DNA from: Nitrososphaeria archaeon
GTDB taxonomy: Archaea; Thermoproteota; Nitrososphaeria; JACIWG01
Direction of reading: 5' to 3'
Assembly: GCA_963752255.1 (NCBI GenBank)
Contig: CAVVXT010000010.1
Location: 64,001-128,000, forward strand
Length of the DNA stretch: 64,000 bases
Part shown: positions 59,519 to 64,000 of the stretch, in pieces
Layout: every line of letters starts with the position of its first letter
Numbering within the stretch: position 1 is the stretch's first letter
Position numbers and translations under genes: made by a program
The notes under the pieces: model-generated
What the model was told of the DNA's origin: nothing
Seen by the model: only the letters and a program-made list of their open reading frames with translations
Databases searched by the model: none

Positions 59519-60343
59519 CTAACCAAACTTCCCCGTTATATATCTCTCTGTCAGTTCTTCTCGTGGAGTACTAAAGATTGTAGTCGTTTCAGTGTATTCG
59601 ATAAGTTGTCCCAGATAGAGGAAGGCTGTATAGTCTGAAACCCTCGCCGCCTGCTGCATATTATGTGTCACTATTACGACAGTATATTCCCTTTTAAGTG
59701 CTATTATCAACTCCTCAATCTTAGCGGTTGCAACAGGGTCAAGGGCTGAACAAGGCTCGTCCATAAGGATAACCTCAGGTTCAACTGCAAGAGCCCGCGC
59801 AATGCACAGCCTCTGCTGTTGTCCACCCGACAAGGCAGTCCCAGTCTTCTTCAGATCATCCTTGACTTCGTCCCACAATCCTGCCTGCTCAAGACTCTTT
59901 CTAACAACTTCGTTCAACTTCTTTTTGTCTTTTATTCCATTCAATTTAAGACCTGCGGCAGCGTTGTCGAAGATGGACATAGTAGGGAATGGATTAGGTT
60001 TCTGGAACACCATACCAACTCTTCTCCTAACAGCAACGGGGTCGATGTCCTTAGAGTATACGTCAACACCATCTAGAAAAACCTTACCCGAAACTATAGC
60101 TGAAGGAACCAGTTCATGCATTCTATTAAAACATCTTATTAGCGTAGATTTTCCACAGCCTGAAGGCCCGATAATAGCGGTTACAGCATTAGACTTTATT
60201 TCCATAGAGATGTCTTTGATAGCATTCTTATTTCCATACCAAGCACTAAGGTTTTCTGTCCTGATCTTGTAAACTTCATTTATTTCACCTAGTTTAGGTA
60301 AGCTAATGCTTGTTGAATCCATCCTCTGTTCTTCTAGCGGCAA
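59519..60343 (-). CDS. pstB: phosphate ABC transporter ATPase
   Basis: [46 protein letters not shown]. Confidence 0.95.
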   Translation of the reverse strand: MPLEEQRMDSTSISLPKLGEINEVYKIRTENLSAWYGNKNAIKDISMEIKSNAVTAIIGPSGCGKSTLIRCFNRMHELVPSAIVSGKVFLDGVDVYSKDIDPVAVRRRVGMVFQKPNPFPTMSIFDNAAAGLKLNGIKDKKKLNEVVRKSLEQAGLWDEVKDDLKKTGTALSGGQQQRLCIARALAVEPEVILMDEPCSALDPVATAKIEELIIALKREYTVVIVTHNMQQAARVSDYTAFLYLGQLIEYTETTTIFSTPREELTERYITGKFG

Positions 60344-60455
60344 CTTAACTTCTACTTTTATACTTTCCTTTTACAGTAAATCTGTTGTTACTTTAGGAGA
60401 TTTTGCTTGGGCTTATTTCAGCAAAGATGATGCTTCCAAATTATTAGAGGCATCA

Positions 60456-60465
60456 TCTATATAGA
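60456..60465. promoter_or_regulatory. TCTATATAGA palindrome upstream of pstB (candidate PHO operator)
   Basis: Same core occurs at 61989 and 62267. Confidence 0.4.
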
Positions 60466-60890
60466 ATAAAGAGCCCTCAATAAATTATTTGGGAATAGCA
60501 GATAAATGTCTTTTACGATCTATAATGCGATGATAGGAAAAAGGAAGCTGGGAAACTTTTATTTTTCATCTGCATCCAAAATCGCAAGCACCTTACTAAA
60601 TTTTATACGTGATATATATGGATGAAAATCGAACTAAGAAAAAAGATAATCGAGATAGTTCGTACATTGTTGAATGGATGTTAGAGATGATTGATTTGAT
60701 CTCGCGTGATTGTGATAATTTTCCTCAACTTATGCGTGAAGTTCTTTAATAACATAAAGCTATGAAAGGTAAAAGAAGTATACCGCACAGAGGGCAAAGT
60801 TCATTTAATGGACTGCGCATCCGAATATGACTTACTAGCTATTGTTACCACGCATGGCTATTTTCTAGAAGCTTGCTTTTTATCATTTTC

Positions 60891-61938
60891 TCATGCCAAT
60901 ATTGATTCAACAGTCAGGTTGAGTACGATTTCGGCAATGTCAGTGGCATACTCTGCGGTTCTGCGAATGCTTTCGATAATCAATCGTACATATGATGCTT
61001 CTTCAACCTCCATCTTTTGAGAAGCAATAACAGCCTCTTTTTCAATAGAAATAACATCCTTTGTTTTCTCGAAAATACTTTCCGCAGAGATTGAAATCCT
61101 GCCTGAAAAGCGTTTCTATGGCTGTTTCAAACATTGAGATTGCTGTATTGCTCATCGTTTCGAGCTTTCCGATTATTTCCGGTTCTAACTGTTTTCTTAG
61201 TTGCAAGACGTTTTCCGCGATTTTAGCTGCGTGATCTGCAGTTCTTTCCACGGACTTTGTTACGAGACGATAGCCTAGACAATCACGGGCATTTTGTAGG
61301 CCGATTTCTTTTACTAATTTAGGATTCTGAATCGCAGTTTTGAGCTGTCTTACTATATAGAGGTTGAATCGATCCACTTCATTGTCTGTAGTTATGACCT
61401 CTTTGGCCAGCTGAGGGTCTGATCCTTTTAGGGCGGTTATAGCGTCTCTGTGCATTGAAGCTGCTATTATGCTCGTTCGTCTGAGGGCGCTTTGAACAGA
61501 AAGTTCAGGATAACTCAACAAAACCTGCAAAGTTAGCTCTTGTGGGGTGTCTGTGACTATTTCGGTTCCAACAAGCATAATACGAGAAAAATCTTTAATA
61601 TCATGTCTTTGATTTGCAGATAACTGTTTTTGGCTTTCAGCTTTTATATGTATCATATTATAGCCCACGAGGTAGGCGGAGACAGTTTTTCTAATTATCG
61701 AGTCTGAAGAATCTTTAAGTGCAACTCTGATCGTAGCTTCGTCCATTCTCTTTTGTTGCATGGTTGTATCAGTGGGTATGATTGATAATAAACCGCCTTC
61801 TTCTTCACGTAATTTTATCGAGCTCCCTCTTTTAAGATCGTTTTGCCTTATCCAACTTATAGGTAATGAGATTATGAAGGTTGACCCTCCAGTGAACTGA
61901 AGCTTTCTCGTTTCTTCATTAAGTTTGGTTTCCAGCAA
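60891..61938 (-). CDS. archaeal AbrB-PhoU fusion phosphate regulator; frameshift at about 61087
   Basis: RKLQFTGGSTFIISLP..W (AbrB), DNEVDRF, ERTADHA; shifted frame ends ESIRRTAEYATDIAE...ILA*. Confidence 0.88.
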
Positions 61939-61988
61939 TCTAAATACACCTCCGTAAATATCATATTTAGCTATTAATATACCTTTAA

Positions 61989-62002
61989 TCTATATAGTTT
62001 AT
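61989..62002. promoter_or_regulatory. TCTATATAGTTTAT box upstream of the AbrB-PhoU gene
   Basis: Identical 14-mer at 62267-62280. Confidence 0.55.
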
Positions 62003-62257
62003 AAATTCTATTGTAAGAATAACATGTTATTTTGCGAATGAAAAAAAGGTATGGCAAAAAGTGACTTGAAGAATCGTCAAAACAGTTTTTGTCAAAGTCT
62101 TATCCGGTTATCTTTAAGCAGAAAATCAGCTTGCTTTATATTTTATTGTACTTATTTGCATATGCAACTTCCCCCTTTAAAATGTGCAAACTGTTGCAAT
62201 ATTTGAGCGCAACTTGAAGTGGTTTACATGTCTTGGACTTTAGGGCTTTTATGCGTA

Positions 62258-62284
62258 TCTTTATAGTCTATATAGTTTATGGAG
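62258..62284. promoter_or_regulatory. 9-bp-period array TCTTTATAG TCTATATAG TTTATGGAG upstream of the pstS TATA box
   Basis: Directly precedes GGAATATATATATAAT. Confidence 0.55.
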
Positions 62285-62332
62285 GGAATATATATATAAT
62301 AAAGTTAGACTACCTCGCAAATAGAGAAAAAA

Positions 62333-63585
62333 ATGAAAAATACATACACAATCGCCATAGTAATAGTGGCAATAGTCATAATCGTAGCAGCAGTTGCTGG
62401 CTACACATACATCAGCTCCTCAACAAACACTTCAGCAACAACATCGACGGTAACTTCAACAAAAACAGTTCCAACAACCTTTACAACAACTCTAATAAGT
62501 GGGGTTACAACCACCTCGACCGTCATCTCGACCATCACCCCGACCAGTACTACTCCAAGTGCAACAGGAACACCAATATCGGTTACCGGAGCAGGTGGAA
62601 CTCTGATCTACCCGCTCATGTCTGTTTGGGAGTACACCTATAACCAACTTTATCCAAACGTTCAAGTTAACTATGCAAGCGTCGGCAGTGGCGCAGGAAT
62701 CCAACAAATCACAGCACAGACTGTCGACTTCGGTGGCTCAGACGCCCCATTGACAGCTGCACAATACAAGGCACTTCCCTCAGGCACAATTCTCCTCACA
62801 ATACCAGAATCTGCCAGCGCAGTTGTACCAGCATATAACCTACCAGGAATTAGCAACGGCCTCAATTTCACTGGAGCAGTCTTGGCTCAAATCTTCCTTG
62901 GCAATATAACGAACTGGAACGACCCTGCCATTGCAGCCCTTAACCCCGGCACAACCCTACCGAACCATGCTATCGTAGTGATCCACAGATCCGATGGCAG
63001 CGGAACAATGTACGCCTTCACAAACTATCTCTCTGATTCAAGCACCCAGTGGGCAACCAAAGTTGGCAAAGGAACTTCAGTAAATTGGCCTGTTGGTCTC
63101 GGAGAAAAGGGTAATGAAGGTGTAGCGGGAGCCATCTCAAGCACGCAATATTCAATAGGACCTATTGAAATCGCATACGAAATCAATAACAAGGGTCTGA
63201 TCTCATATGGAACAGTGCAAAACGCAGCGGGCAAATTCATACTAGCGAACCTGACTAATATAGGAGAAGCAATTAATGCAGGTGCTACTGGTCTTCCGGC
63301 AGGAAACGCCCAATGGACGAACGTATCCGTAATCGACAACATATTTAACGATAAGGCAGCTACTTACGCTTACCCAATCTCAACGCTAACTTACCTACTG
63401 GTCTATCAGCAGCCAGACTAATCTAGCAAAGGGTACAGCCGTGGTGAACTTCATCTGGTGGGTCGTAAACTCAGCACAATCAGCCGGAGCAGAGTTTGGG
63501 TTACATACCGTTGCCAGCAAACATCGTCGCTATCGATGATGCAACCCTCAATTCAGTCACGTACAATGGCGTAGCAATACACTAG
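62333..63585 (+). CDS. pstS: phosphate ABC transporter substrate-binding protein; two frameshifts at about 63413 and 63496
   Basis: GAGGT, GSGAG, DFGGSD, RSDGSGT, KGNEGV, YPIS; corrected tail VNFIWW...GYIPLP. Confidence 0.92.
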
Positions 63586-63606
63586 GGAACCTAATTGTTT
63601 ATTAGA

Positions 63607-63627
63607 TTCTTTTTTCCCCCTTTTTTT
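63607..63627 (+). terminator. oligo-T tract between pstS and pstC
   Basis: TTCTTTTTTCCCCCTTTTTTT just after the pstS stop. Confidence 0.5.
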
Positions 63628-63666
63628 ATAATTTCGTGAATAAAAAATGCGAGGTCTAAAATAAAC

Positions 63667-64000
63667 TTGCACCGTGAAGCTTTGAAAGGTGACATAATCC
63701 TAAAGGCAGTTGTTGGCGTGGCAGCCGTCTTCATCGTATGCTTACTTGGGTTACTCGCATTGGAGTTGTTTTTGGGTTCAAATCTTTCTATCGCCAAGTT
63801 TGGCCTATCATTTATTATAGTTAGAACTTGGGATCCAGTTCATGATATTTTTGGTGCGTTACCGTTTATTTACGGAACATTGCTAACTTCTGCCATTGCT
63901 CTTCTTATAGGATTACCCATTAGTATAGGAGTGGCGATATTTCTTACAGAGAAGCTCAAAACCAAAAAAGGAATTGCTTATGTGCTTGGAACGTTGGTAG
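63667..64000 (+). CDS. pstC: phosphate ABC transporter permease PstC (3'-truncated; exact start uncertain)
   Basis: WDPVHDIFGALPFIYGTLLTS..ALLIGLPISIGVAIFLTE; not in ORF track because it runs off the window. Confidence 0.9.
   Translation, partial: MHREALKGDIILKAVVGVAAVFIVCLLGLLALELFLGSNLSIAKFGLSFIIVRTWDPVHDIFGALPFIYGTLLTSAIALLIGLPISIGVAIFLTEKLKTKKGIAYVLGTLV

Noticed and set aside
62233-62643. 136-aa Asn/His-rich ORF overlapping the pstS start
   Set aside because: Off-frame reading of the pstS signal and Thr-rich linker
42180-64000. attR direct repeat of the tRNA 3' end, or an integrated element
   Set aside because: No copy of CAAATCACCCCCCCGGG found by eye, and no integrase, transposase or viral genes

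Overview
Archaeal chromosomal DNA, AT-rich with BRE/TATA promoters and oligo-T terminators. TBP, TFB, aIF1/SUI1, the signal peptidase-TBP-pyrE gene order and an intron-containing tRNA-Tyr point to a TACK archaeon. A deep-branching non-ammonia-oxidising Nitrososphaeria, Brockarchaeota or Bathyarchaeia-like lineage is my inference. Contents: glcD/glcF-like oxidoreductase pair, oppABCDF plus an unannotated 46-aa membrane microprotein, housekeeping genes, cofE, an S8 protease and a complete bacterial-type hoxEFUYH (group 3d NiFe hydrogenase) operon. The hox operon is flanked by gene debris and a decayed AsnC-V4R/KaiC module. After tRNA-Tyr(GTA) comes an accessory block (PAS/GAF histidine kinase and receiver, flavodoxins, MFS, UroD-like, enolase-family enzyme, Usp, AKR), then a divergent pho/pst locus. 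About a dozen single-base frameshifts in otherwise intact genes suggest uncorrected long-read errors. No CRISPR array, integrase or transposase is visible. Best leads: the archaeal Hox locus, a candidate archaeal PHO operator (TCTATATAG, 9-bp period) at three pho/pst promoters, a DUF62/MobA-like pair with rewritten active sites near an adenosine-specific kinase, a palindromic operator for a Bat-type regulator, and a tRNA intron that copies its own D-arm. Family calls come from motif recognition, not database searches.
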